From an uncultured virus (IMG/VR IMGVR_UViG_3300035698_030196) (Duplodnaviria > Heunggongvirae > Uroviricota > Caudoviricetes), in IMG/VR virus record IMGVR_UViG_3300035698_030196: 64,000 nt of DNA. One strand, written 5' to 3'. Below the pieces are notes generated by a model. It did not search any database. It was not told where the DNA came from and saw nothing but the letters and a program-made list of their open reading frames with translations. Both the position numbers and the translations under genes were made by a program. Below are positions 29,667-39,196 of this stretch, piece after piece (position 1 is the first letter of the stretch; each line of letters opens with the position of its first letter).

Positions 29667-30842
29667 ATGGGGAAATTAGCTTTAAACTTTATATGTAAAA
29701 ATGAAGCTCATATAATTGAGAAGATGTTAGATAGTGCTAAAACAATTACAGATTTAATTGTTGTTAATGATACAGGCTCGACTGATGGCACACAAGATAT
29801 TATTAAAAAATTTGGTATAGATAATAATATCCCAACTTATGTTTATGAAAGAACATTTGATAACTTTGAGAATAGTAGAAATCACGCAATGGAGAAATTA
29901 AGAGAAGTTGTTAATGAGTTAGCCTGGGATGCCGAAAAAGTACATGGATATTGGTTTGATTGTGATGAAACTTTAGTAATGAATCCTAGGTTCAACAAGA
30001 ACCAATTTACAAAAGACCTTTATATGATAAATACATATATTTCAGCTATGAAATATACCAGAAATACATTTTTTAGAGTATCTAAACCATTTAGATGGTA
30101 TGGAGTTTTACATGAGTTTATAGTTTGTGATGATAAAAATATAACATCCGGATTAGCCGAAAATATTCACGTTAATGTTGAAATGACTGGTGCTTCTTGG
30201 CAGGGAAATGTTTCAGATAAATATTTGTCACACGCACATATATTAGAAAAATCTATCAGTAATGATAGAAAAGACCCACGATGGATTTTCTATACTGCAC
30301 AAAGTTGGCATGACGCTGCTTCCACTACTGATAAAGAAGAAAATACAGAAAGAGCTCGTAGGGCAATCAAATATTACAGAGAAAGAGTATCTAGAAAAGA
30401 TGGTTACCCAGAGGAAATATTTTATTCTCAATATAGAATTGGTACTATGATGAAGAGTCTTGAAGAACCTTGGAGTGAAACACACCAAGAACTTTTAAAA
30501 GCTTATTCAATGGACCCTTTAAGAGGTGAACCAATTAAAGCTATCATTGATTATTATCTACAAATGGGAGATTGGAATAATGCTTATCTATATTCTAAGT
30601 TTGCTAAAGTTAATTTTCATGGTAACAATCCATACCCTAAAAGATTATTATTTGTTGATCAAACCTTATATGCTTGGAAATTTTTAGAAGCACATGCAGC
30701 TGCAAGTTTTTATTGTGGTAAAAGGTCAGAAGCTAAATCAAATTATAAAGAAATATTAGAAATAATGAAATCAAATCCAGATGTCTTTACTGAACAAGAT
30801 AGAAAGAAAATAGAAACGAATGGACGATTCTTTAATCAATAA
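29667..30842 (+). CDS. Family-2 glycosyltransferase with TPR-like C-terminus
   Basis: ICKNE, VNDTGSTDGT, NF..SRN, FDCDE (DxD), LHE; helical repeats. Confidence 0.85.
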   Translation: MGKLALNFICKNEAHIIEKMLDSAKTITDLIVVNDTGSTDGTQDIIKKFGIDNNIPTYVYERTFDNFENSRNHAMEKLREVVNELAWDAEKVHGYWFDCDETLVMNPRFNKNQFTKDLYMINTYISAMKYTRNTFFRVSKPFRWYGVLHEFIVCDDKNITSGLAENIHVNVEMTGASWQGNVSDKYLSHAHILEKSISNDRKDPRWIFYTAQSWHDAASTTDKEENTERARRAIKYYRERVSRKDGYPEEIFYSQYRIGTMMKSLEEPWSETHQELLKAYSMDPLRGEPIKAIIDYYLQMGDWNNAYLYSKFAKVNFHGNNPYPKRLLFVDQTLYAWKFLEAHAAASFYCGKRSEAKSNYKEILEIMKSNPDVFTEQDRKKIETNGRFFNQ

Positions 30843-30846
30843 GATG

Positions 30847-31095
30847 ATGAATAAAATAACAATACCAGGAAAAATCAAGTATCGCATCAGTTCAAAAGAT
30901 GCGAACTTGTTTCAACCACAATATAAAAGGGGTAGAAAATGGATAAATTGTACATTTCCATACTACGACCAAAGAGATGCAGATTTGGTTTATTGTAATC
31001 AATCATTTAGAACCTTGGAAGAAGCAGAAAAATATGTTGATGAATTAGTTAAAAGGGAAACAGAACATATTTATTATAAGGGTAGTTGGAAATAA
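30847..31095 (+). CDS. Hypothetical protein
   Basis: ORF 30820..31095; real start probably the tandem ATGs near 30844-30847 after the upstream stop. Confidence 0.55.
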   Translation: MNKITIPGKIKYRISSKDANLFQPQYKRGRKWINCTFPYYDQRDADLVYCNQSFRTLEEAEKYVDELVKRETEHIYYKGSWK

Positions 31096-31109
31096 TTATT
31101 GAATTTATA

Positions 31110-31766
31110 TTATTTTGATAAAAGTCTTATCAAATCCTCTGTTATTCTAGATATCATTTTTCTACCATCAATTTCAACTAATGGGATATTTTTAATCATT
31201 GAATATTTATCATTACCATCAACAGTTATATTTTCAACTAATTTACAAATACTTTCAGTTTCACCATATTTTTCAATATAGTATGATTTTAATTCATTTA
31301 CAAAACTTGATAGATTCACACCTTCTTGATAGTTGTATTTAACCATTTGTAATTCACTATCTTGTTTCTCAATCATTATGTACCAAATAGACTTTTTAGA
31401 AACTTTAACATTCTCTAGAAAATTATACGCTTTTGAAGCCTTAATATTTTTAGGAAACTTTGCAACTTTACCAATTGTCTCAACTGATGTATTCTCTGTT
31501 AAATTTTCACCTTCTGACTTATCGGATAATTTAGGCACATCATCATCATTTGGTAAATTTATATCTTGATCCTCTGGCATGATTTTCTTTCTAGAAGCAG
31601 GTTTTTCAATTCTTTTGGATTTATCAGGTAGATTTGGATTCATCGGTCTATCACTATCGCTATCTGGTTTAATACCAGAAGATAGATCTACTTCTTCAAT
31701 ATCCTTATTGGACTTCTTCATTTCTGAGAATTTTTTAAATCCGACTATATTTCTTTTATCTGCCAT
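31110..31766 (-). CDS. Hypothetical protein (leader-like FKKFSE near N-terminus)
   Basis: 218-aa ORF, TTAATATATA upstream. Confidence 0.7.
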   Translation of the reverse strand: MADKRNIVGFKKFSEMKKSNKDIEEVDLSSGIKPDSDSDRPMNPNLPDKSKRIEKPASRKKIMPEDQDINLPNDDDVPKLSDKSEGENLTENTSVETIGKVAKFPKNIKASKAYNFLENVKVSKKSIWYIMIEKQDSELQMVKYNYQEGVNLSSFVNELKSYYIEKYGETESICKLVENITVDGNDKYSMIKNIPLVEIDGRKMISRITEDLIRLLSK

Positions 31767-31818
31767 GTTGAGTTTCTTTTATATTTACTATTATATATTA
31801 AAATGAAAAATTGTTTTT

Positions 31819-32073
31819 TTATTTAATGTGTTTATAGTTATATGAATCTACAATATAATTTTTCCAATTCTTAATTGAGTTCATATGATCAAATAATATA
31901 GATACCAAAGGTTGTAATCTCTTCAAGAACCCAAACATCATATCATTTTTGAAAATATAAGGTGTCAATGAGTTATCTAATATCTTATCATCATACTTAA
32001 CAAAATCATCATCAGTATCGCTTCTGTGCTTCATATAAAGTAGTTCTGGTAATTGTTTTCTTTCGTATAACAT
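31819..32073 (-). CDS. Hypothetical protein downstream of baseplate wedge gene
   Basis: Start overlaps the wedge-gene stop (TAATG). Confidence 0.6.
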   Translation of the reverse strand: MLYERKQLPELLYMKHRSDTDDDFVKYDDKILDNSLTPYIFKNDMMFGFLKRLQPLVSILFDHMNSIKNWKNYIVDSYNYKHIK

Positions 32074-33800
32074 TATGTATTGTTTCTATTTTTTGAATCT
32101 ACAACACCCTTCTTAATTATGTTAACAGATTTCATTTGATTCCCATCGATGTCTGATGAATAATAAATATTATTTCTATCATACCAACCACCTCTTATTA
32201 TAGGAAGTTCTTCTGGCTCGAATAAAATATCTCCAAGAATAGGGTCTAAACCAATAACAGTGTTTTGATTATAATTAGATGTTCTTCTTACTGAAACATC
32301 AGTCTTTAATCTAGAATCATAACTTTCTTGTGTATTTAAAATTTTAGTCATATTTTCTTTATGATAATCTTCATTCTTTTTACTTACAAACTGAATATCA
32401 ATTGAGTGTATATCTGTTATTGTTGATAACTCTCTTATTAAATCTAATTTTGGGATTCTATCTATTCTAGTTAAATCTAAAAAATATTCTGATATTTTAT
32501 CTAAAATTTGACTATTTACCGAATCATCAGTTGAATCTGAATATGGTATTACAAAAATATTCATAATATAATATGATAATGTTGGTGAATCAATCTTATA
32601 TTTTTTTGTTAATTGTATATTACCACCAGTCTTTAAATATTTATCTATCTTTGATTTCTCATATCGATCTAAACTAAATGCTCTTATATCAACTGTGAAG
32701 TAATTAGCATTTTGATTCTTGAATAATCTTACGTTTGGTGTGGCTACTACAAAAACAGTACCCGTTTTTTCATAAGCATTTACATGTGAGAAAACTCCGA
32801 GTTTTTTAATCTCATATGCATATTGTTGTGGTAATCCCAATACGAAATTATTACTAGCAATTGGTAGAATGTTCTTTGTGAAAGCAATAGTCTCACCATC
32901 TGCACCAAAATTTATATCAGTATAAATATCAACATTGAATAAATCCGTAATATTAATTGTCTCACCTGACCCATCTATTACATCATCTATAAATTTCCAA
33001 TCATTACTTGTTCTTCTGAAAATATTACCAGTTGAACCATATGTTATTAAATAATTAATTTCAATTATTGAAGAAATTGTTGGAATTAAACCATAACCTT
33101 CATTACCAAAAACAATATCAACACCACCGTTGAATCCTGTTCTGACAACACAAGCTTTCTCATCTGGTAACATTTCCCAAATGTGTTTCTTTGTAGACCA
33201 TATATCACCATTAACAATCACCTCTACATTAAAATTCTCGACATCTTTTGATCCAATTTCAGTAACTGAATAAGATTGTAATTGATTACCATTAGAAGTA
33301 AATTTCTTTTGTTTCCAAGTACCTTGTATAATTGGTAAATAGAATGTGTAATTTGGTGTTATTTTATGAGTAACAGTATCAGTCCCAATATTTAATGAGT
33401 AACTTAATGCGTTAGTATTATTTTTTAATAATGTTTTATTTGAAATAGTTAATCTACCACCCGATATATCACTATCAATATTAGAATCTGCTTTAAGAGT
33501 TAGTTTTAAAGTACCAGTTGCACTAATTGCCCTACCTGGGTTATGACCAGCTACTAAAGCGGCATTTCTAATTATCCTAGGATTATTTGAATTTGGATCG
33601 CTTAAATCAAATTGATTAATTGCATTTTTCAAATATAAAATAGACATTTGGTGTAGATTTTCTATTACAGAGAGTATGTGACCATATGGTGATGCCGGTG
33701 AAAATAATATACCGGATTTGTTATACTCTTCCTTTAAAAATGCTTCTATCTCACTTTTAATACCTGAGAACGTTATTGATGAAAAATTAATTATTGCCAT
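32073..33800 (-). CDS. Baseplate wedge subunit (T4 gp6-like)
   Basis: N-terminal F..IK..I..FL, A..AG.NP.RAISA, IIQG, IVFGNEGYG.IP, I.YL...G..GN, GADGE. Confidence 0.7.
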   Translation of the reverse strand: MAIINFSSITFSGIKSEIEAFLKEEYNKSGILFSPASPYGHILSVIENLHQMSILYLKNAINQFDLSDPNSNNPRIIRNAALVAGHNPGRAISATGTLKLTLKADSNIDSDISGGRLTISNKTLLKNNTNALSYSLNIGTDTVTHKITPNYTFYLPIIQGTWKQKKFTSNGNQLQSYSVTEIGSKDVENFNVEVIVNGDIWSTKKHIWEMLPDEKACVVRTGFNGGVDIVFGNEGYGLIPTISSIIEINYLITYGSTGNIFRRTSNDWKFIDDVIDGSGETINITDLFNVDIYTDINFGADGETIAFTKNILPIASNNFVLGLPQQYAYEIKKLGVFSHVNAYEKTGTVFVVATPNVRLFKNQNANYFTVDIRAFSLDRYEKSKIDKYLKTGGNIQLTKKYKIDSPTLSYYIMNIFVIPYSDSTDDSVNSQILDKISEYFLDLTRIDRIPKLDLIRELSTITDIHSIDIQFVSKKNEDYHKENMTKILNTQESYDSRLKTDVSVRRTSNYNQNTVIGLDPILGDILFEPEELPIIRGGWYDRNNIYYSSDIDGNQMKSVNIIKKGVVDSKNRNNT

Positions 33801-33810
33801 TTAAATTTAT

Positions 33811-34137
33811 TTATTTTGAAATCTCATTTATATAATCTGAATCAAACCTATTCTTCTCAAAAATATCTTTAACATCATTTAAAAACCCTTCTACATTTGA
33901 TGTTCTTTCAACTAGGTGTGAGTCTTCTTTTAATGGATTTGATTTATATAACCAATTAAATTGCTTTGATTCTATATCAACTTTCTTAATCATAACAGAA
34001 CATTGTTTATTTGATTCAGTTATAGAAAATTCTATATAATTCCCAAGGTTTAAACTGCTTTTTTCTTCGATTGATACACCATCAAAGTTATTCGATAAGT
34101 CTGAGTGTATTCTATTTATATATTCTTTTAAAGCCAT
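33811..34137 (-). CDS. Hypothetical protein
   Basis: 108-aa ORF heading the baseplate gene run; TTAATATATA upstream. Confidence 0.65.
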   Translation of the reverse strand: MALKEYINRIHSDLSNNFDGVSIEEKSSLNLGNYIEFSITESNKQCSVMIKKVDIESKQFNWLYKSNPLKEDSHLVERTSNVEGFLNDVKDIFEKNRFDSDYINEISK

Positions 34138-34251
34138 TTTGTATTTTATTTTTATATATTAAAATTTAGTTAGTCTTTTCTTTTCTTTCACATTTGTTAA
34201 TCTTTTCCAATTTTATTTTTAATATATAGTATATAAAAATATTTAATTAGG

Positions 34252-34971
34252 ATGGATTTTACAGAGGTGATGGCTATTTTGGAGCAGTATGGGTTTAAGG
34301 GATTTGTTGTAATGTTATCTATATTCATACTAACAACAACAATTAAGAGTAAATGGTTTAGAAATTTATTAGCAAAAATTTCTGATGCCTTCATTGATAA
34401 ATTCATGAAAACTAAAGCTGATAGTGAGTCTGGTGTCGTAAAAAATATTACAGAATCAGATATCTCTAACCATGACATTTTCAATTATATCGATTTTTGT
34501 ATGTATTCTAGAATACCGATATTTAAATTTTCAACTGATTATAGAACTATTGTTTTTAGAAAGTACTTAACAATCTATCTTGAAAGTTATAAAGATAACC
34601 TATTTAAATATATTACTAGCAAAGAATATCAGGTGATGGATGATGCTATGCTATCTACATCACTTTTAGGATTAATCAATAATGTTATATTTGAATATGA
34701 GAAGAACGCTGTTAGAGCTGGTATACCTGATATTATCATAGAAAAAATGAAGGTTAAGAATAATGATACGATTAAATTAACCCGTGATTTATTAGAGGGT
34801 ATTTGTTCATCTGGTTTTTATTCATCTGAATTAAACTTACTTAAAATTTATTCAATCTTGAATATCATATTATCTATATTAGAAAATACTATTTCTGGCT
34901 CAGAAAGTGTGTGTAACTCAATAAATGGGCAATTAAAAGGATTATCATTTGAAGGGAAAATAGAACCTTAA
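34252..34971 (+). CDS. Membrane-anchored hypothetical protein (holin-like N-terminus possible)
   Basis: Hydrophobic segment GFVVMLSIFILTT near N-terminus. Confidence 0.6.
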   Translation: MDFTEVMAILEQYGFKGFVVMLSIFILTTTIKSKWFRNLLAKISDAFIDKFMKTKADSESGVVKNITESDISNHDIFNYIDFCMYSRIPIFKFSTDYRTIVFRKYLTIYLESYKDNLFKYITSKEYQVMDDAMLSTSLLGLINNVIFEYEKNAVRAGIPDIIIEKMKVKNNDTIKLTRDLLEGICSSGFYSSELNLLKIYSILNIILSILENTISGSESVCNSINGQLKGLSFEGKIEP

Positions 34972-34975
34972 TATT

Positions 34976-35380
34976 ATGCTTAAATATTTAGAAAGCTATA
35001 AAGATTACAGTGTGGAACTTTCTCAAAAAGAGATAAGATCACAAATAAAAGATATTCTATTAGAATTGCAAGATGATGGGTTTCTTATAAATATTGGTAG
35101 TGATATTATAATTAGAAAAATTGATTGGGAATTTGGTGGTGTGGAATATTTCAAATTCTCGGAAGTTAAAGAGTATATTAAAAGATTGAAAGATTTTCTG
35201 GGTAATAAATTTATAAAATATACAACTTATGGTAAAATGAATGGTTATAGATCAACTAATAAACATAAACTCATTGATAGGTTAAGAACTAATAGAGATA
35301 TAAGTTCTATTGTTATTAAATATGATGATATGCCGTTGGCTGTCAAGAAAATCATGAATGATATTTTAAAAGGAAGATAA
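34976..35380 (+). CDS. Leader-bearing ILLEL.D.GF/RLKDFLG family protein
   Basis: MLKYLESY; IKDILLELQDDGF ... EVKEYIKRLKDFLG. Confidence 0.7.
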   Translation: MLKYLESYKDYSVELSQKEIRSQIKDILLELQDDGFLINIGSDIIIRKIDWEFGGVEYFKFSEVKEYIKRLKDFLGNKFIKYTTYGKMNGYRSTNKHKLIDRLRTNRDISSIVIKYDDMPLAVKKIMNDILKGR

Positions 35381-35383
35381 ATT

Positions 35384-36016
35384 ATGTCAAAAAATTATAT
35401 AAAAACATTTGAGGGATATAGCAATGATGGTGATGTTAAAGAAATATTCAACACTATTGATGAAATCTTACTAGAATTAAAAGATTCTGGGTTTTCTGTA
35501 ATTATTGGTAGAGGATGGATAAGAATTCAAAAAGACCATGAAAAGTCTTTCAGGTTTCATGAAGTCGATGAGTATATTGAAAGATTGAAAGATTTTTTGG
35601 GAAAAGATTTCCTTTCTTTTAGAAAAAAATATGCAACTCCTCTATCTAGGAATCTAGATTTCGTTGTAATTATTGTGACTGATTGGATGTCTGAATACTC
35701 ATTAATGTCAAATGAATCTAATAATATACTCAATCTTCTTCACCAACAGAAACAGAATATTAAAGATATTTTATTAGAATTAGAAGATGTCGGATTTTAT
35801 GTAAGGGTTGAGGATTCGATGTTAATTATTAGAAACCCAAATTTTGAAAGTTTTGAATTTTCTGATGTTAGAGAATACGTAAAAAGATTAAAAGATTTTT
35901 TAGGAGATAAATATAAAGGATATAAAACTACAAAATCAGGTGGTAATCCATTTAGTGGATTCTCACAAAAAATAACATTAGTTAAAATCAATTACGATCC
36001 CATCTTAATCCATTAA
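35384..36016 (+). CDS. Leader-bearing protein with two tandem ILLEL.D.GF/RLKDFLG domains
   Basis: YIKTFE leader; domain present twice. Confidence 0.7.
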   Translation: MSKNYIKTFEGYSNDGDVKEIFNTIDEILLELKDSGFSVIIGRGWIRIQKDHEKSFRFHEVDEYIERLKDFLGKDFLSFRKKYATPLSRNLDFVVIIVTDWMSEYSLMSNESNNILNLLHQQKQNIKDILLELEDVGFYVRVEDSMLIIRNPNFESFEFSDVREYVKRLKDFLGDKYKGYKTTKSGGNPFSGFSQKITLVKINYDPILIH

Positions 36017-36553
36017 CTCATAAATATCATCAGCAGTAAAATCTGGATCAGTTATTCTCAAATCATAATCAGAAAACCCGTTAAAATCTATTTCATCAGA
36101 ATCTAATCTTCGTTTAATAGAATCATTTTTATCCTCTCTGTGATATAAGCGACTTTCTCTTATACTTCGATCGATATCTAAAAATACGACGAAACACTTC
36201 TTTCGTTCCTCTTCATTAAACTGTAGTAAATTATATTCTCCCGTAGTCATTATAAACAATTGTGAATTCTCAAATTCCTCTTTTGTTATTCCATAATACC
36301 ATTTTTGTGGGTCAGAATCTTTTGGAGTTACATTGAAAGATTCATGTGTTATAAGAAGTTCGTTATCAATACCTTCTAAAAATTCTTTATCTGTTACAAA
36401 ATTATAAGTATTTTTATCTTCACCACTTCTTAATGGTCTTGTTGCCCATTTCAAGCATGGTTTTAAACCCTTTTCAATTAGTTTATTAGATAAATATGTT
36501 TTTCCAGAACCAGAGTGTCCTAAAATTATAAGTTTTTCATTTTTAATTTGCAT
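36005..36553 (-). CDS. gmk: Guanylate kinase-like nucleotide kinase
   Basis: GHSGSGKT, TRPLRSGE, Y.FV...F, WYYG, RRL..D..DF. Confidence 0.75.
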   Translation of the reverse strand: MQIKNEKLIILGHSGSGKTYLSNKLIEKGLKPCLKWATRPLRSGEDKNTYNFVTDKEFLEGIDNELLITHESFNVTPKDSDPQKWYYGITKEEFENSQLFIMTTGEYNLLQFNEEERKKCFVVFLDIDRSIRESRLYHREDKNDSIKRRLDSDEIDFNGFSDYDLRITDPDFTADDIYELMD

Positions 36554-36621
36554 TTATATAATAATTCTTTTTATTTTATAGTGATATAAAATGAAAAAGT
36601 TTAAATAGCTAATTATTATCG

Positions 36622-37146
36622 TTATTTCTTTATCGTTGTAAAATCATTTTTCAAAAAGTCGTTGAAATTTAAAACTTTCTTCTTACCATCTTTCTTCTCA
36701 CCACCTCCGTTATCATCACCTGAATCAAATTCTTTGCTTTTAGCCATCATAGCCTTTAATGCTTTAATATCTAATTTCTTTACCCTTGATTTCTTTCCTG
36801 TTCTTGCCCCATGATTTTTACCCATTGGAGATTTAAATGTTTGTGACATTCTATTAGTGCTACTTGGGTTATAAGGTGTGCTAATATCACCAGAACCGAC
36901 TGTTCCACCATGTGATGCCCAGTTTGGTCCAATTGTTTGTCCTGCTAACCCAGAAGGTTGTGCCGATACTACTGCACCAGATCCACCAGAAACTGCACCA
37001 CCAGTGGCAGAAGTTTCCTTTAATAGTTGTTCTTCTTTGAATTTAATAGTTTCATTAACTTCATCCAATAAAATATCATCAGAAAGACCTTCTTTAATTA
37101 TTCTATGCTTAATACTATATAATTCAAATAAACTTAAATTTTCCAT
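36622..37146 (-). CDS. Hypothetical protein with Gly/Ser-rich middle
   Basis: 174-aa ORF; TTAATATATA at 37151-37160 on the minus strand. Confidence 0.65.
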   Translation of the reverse strand: MENLSLFELYSIKHRIIKEGLSDDILLDEVNETIKFKEEQLLKETSATGGAVSGGSGAVVSAQPSGLAGQTIGPNWASHGGTVGSGDISTPYNPSSTNRMSQTFKSPMGKNHGARTGKKSRVKKLDIKALKAMMAKSKEFDSGDDNGGGEKKDGKKKVLNFNDFLKNDFTTIKK

Positions 37147-37160
37147 AATTTATATATTAA

Positions 37161-38424
37161 AACATAAAAGGTGCTTTTTTAGCCTTTGTTATTTTAATAT
37201 ATACCAATATGTTAAAGTCGTATAAATATAAGTTAATTCCAAATGATAATCAAGTTGTTTTACTAAATAAACATTTTGGGTCTATTCGATTCGTTTATAA
37301 TCACTTTCTAAATGAACGTAAAGTTAAATATGAGAAAAATAAAGAAAGCTTAAACTATAATGATAACTCAAGTTCATTAACAAAATTAAAAAGATTAGAC
37401 GAATTTAAATGGTTAAGGGAAATTAATTCACAGTCCTTACAAGTATCACTTAAACATTTAGATGATGCGTATAATTCTTTTTTTAAAAAGAGGACCGGGT
37501 TCCCTAAATTTAAGTCAAAACACACAAAAGATAGTTTTAAAATCCCACAATATGTTAGAGTTATTGGTGGTAGATTACTAATTCCTAAATTTAAAACTGG
37601 TATTAAAATCATACAAGATAGAAAGTTCAAAGGTAAGATAAGACAATGTACAATATCTAAAACAATAACAAACGAATATTTTGTTAGTATTTTGGTGGAA
37701 ACAACACATAGTGTTGTTTCAAAAACAGGTGAAAATATTGGGATTGATTTAGGAATTAAAGATTTTGTTATAACAAGTGATGGTTATAAATATAAGAACA
37801 ACAGATATACAAAAACATATGCTAAAAAACTAAAAAAACAACAGCAACATTTAAGTAGAAAAGTTAAAGGAAGTAATAGATACAATAAACAAAAATTAAA
37901 AGTAGCCAAGATACATAAGAAGATAACCAATTCTCGTGTAGATAATTTACATAAAGTATCCACCGATTTAATAAGAAAATATGATATAATTTTCTTAGAA
38001 GATTTAAATATCAAAGGAATGATTAAAAACCATAAATTATCGAAGCATATTGCTGATGTTTCATGGGGTAAGTTCATAGATATGTTGAATTATAAGGCAA
38101 AGTGGAATGATAGACAAATTGTTAAAATTGGTAGATTTTTTCCTTCTAGTAAAACATGTAATTGTTGTGGGTATATTAATCAAAATCTTAACTTAGGTAT
38201 AAGGGAATGGGTTTGTATATCCTGTGATACTAAATTAGATAGAGATTTAAATGCTAGTAAAAATATTCTTAAAGAAGGATATAAAATCATATCATCGTCA
38301 GGGACTGACGATAACAGATGCGGAGATGAAATAAGACCGACTTTAGTTGGCAAAATCTATGAAACGTCAAAAAAGAAGAAACCTAGTGTTTCTGAAACAC
38401 ACACAACCGTGCAGTGTAGTTCAT
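37161..38424 (+). mobile_element. tnpB-only (IS1341-like) element; ends approximate
   Basis: No tnpA nearby; right end GTAGTTCA at 38416-38423; weak AAAGG/CCTTT hairpin at the left. Confidence 0.55.
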
Positions 38425-38468
38425 ATATAAATAAATTAAAATCAAAAACTATAGAATGTCTAAGATAA
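37209..38468 (+). CDS. tnpB: TnpB RNA-guided endonuclease (IS200/IS605 family)
   Basis: N-terminal HTH, GFPKFK, RuvC GIDLG / FLEDL / DRDLNA, zinc finger SSKTCNCCG..CISC. Confidence 0.95.
   Translation: MLKSYKYKLIPNDNQVVLLNKHFGSIRFVYNHFLNERKVKYEKNKESLNYNDNSSSLTKLKRLDEFKWLREINSQSLQVSLKHLDDAYNSFFKKRTGFPKFKSKHTKDSFKIPQYVRVIGGRLLIPKFKTGIKIIQDRKFKGKIRQCTISKTITNEYFVSILVETTHSVVSKTGENIGIDLGIKDFVITSDGYKYKNNRYTKTYAKKLKKQQQHLSRKVKGSNRYNKQKLKVAKIHKKITNSRVDNLHKVSTDLIRKYDIIFLEDLNIKGMIKNHKLSKHIADVSWGKFIDMLNYKAKWNDRQIVKIGRFFPSSKTCNCCGYINQNLNLGIREWVCISCDTKLDRDLNASKNILKEGYKIISSSGTDDNRCGDEIRPTLVGKIYETSKKKKPSVSETHTTVQCSSYINKLKSKTIECLR
38290..38445 (+). ncRNA. Putative TnpB omegaRNA (scaffold + guide)
   Basis: ATCGTCAG-gga-CTGACGAT hairpin 38294-38312, CCGAC..GTTGG hairpin, terminal TAGTTCA; position at the tnpB 3' end is typical. 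Confidence 0.55.
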
Positions 38469-39049
38469 AGATTCTACAGATGAAAAAACTCATAAAAGAG
38501 TTAGAATATACAGAGTCTAATTACGAATATACAAGTGATATCGTCAATGAAGCAGATACATTATTTATCGAGAGTATAAATGATTTTCTAGATGTGTATC
38601 CTGATGTTAAGGAAATCTATGATGAAAAATTCAATACACAATTAAATAAATTCATTGAAAATGAAAAGAAAAAAGAGATTGAGATTGTTGAGAAAGAAGA
38701 AGAAGATGAAATCATCGAGAAACCAATAAAAATTAAAAAATTATACAGAGAGATAGCGAAATTGACACATACTGATGTCATAAAAGATGAAAGATTAAAT
38801 GATTTCTATTTAGAAGCTACCTCTTATTATGATAGTGATGACAAAATTGGGATTTATAGAATATGTAATGAGTTGAACATAGAATATGATTTAGATGAGG
38901 ATGACGAAACTTTTATTGTAGAAAGAATTAAGGATTTTAAAAATAAGATAGGCTTTCTAGAATCTACATTGACTTGGAAATGGTATAGTTGTGAAGATGA
39001 AAAGATAAAAGAAGGTATGATAGTTGATTTTATTAAGTCAAAAATTTAA
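38456..39049 (+). CDS. J-domain-like protein with HTD instead of HPD
   Basis: IKKLYREIAKLTHTD....L...Y.EA..Y. Confidence 0.6.
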   Translation: MSKIKILQMKKLIKELEYTESNYEYTSDIVNEADTLFIESINDFLDVYPDVKEIYDEKFNTQLNKFIENEKKKEIEIVEKEEEDEIIEKPIKIKKLYREIAKLTHTDVIKDERLNDFYLEATSYYDSDDKIGIYRICNELNIEYDLDEDDETFIVERIKDFKNKIGFLESTLTWKWYSCEDEKIKEGMIVDFIKSKI

Positions 39050-39058
39050 ATAAAAGTA

Positions 39059-39193
39059 CTATGATATATTCATATGTGTTGATACATCATTTAGCCAACC
39101 ATTTAATTTGTTAAAATTGTTTCTTCTTGTATATTTTAATGCCTCTTCTTTAACTTTATCAAAAGACCAATATCCTTTGCTTTTCCTATCCAT
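39059..39193 (-). CDS. 44-aa ORF comprising a single KGYW..E..KY..NGWL repeat (remnant or mini-protein; not in ORF track)
   Basis: MDRKSKGYWSFDKVKEEALKYTRRNNFNKLNGWLNDVSTHMNIS; matches repeats in the 50340 GIY-YIG gene. Confidence 0.6.
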   Translation of the reverse strand: MDRKSKGYWSFDKVKEEALKYTRRNNFNKLNGWLNDVSTHMNIS

Positions 39194-39196
39194 AAA

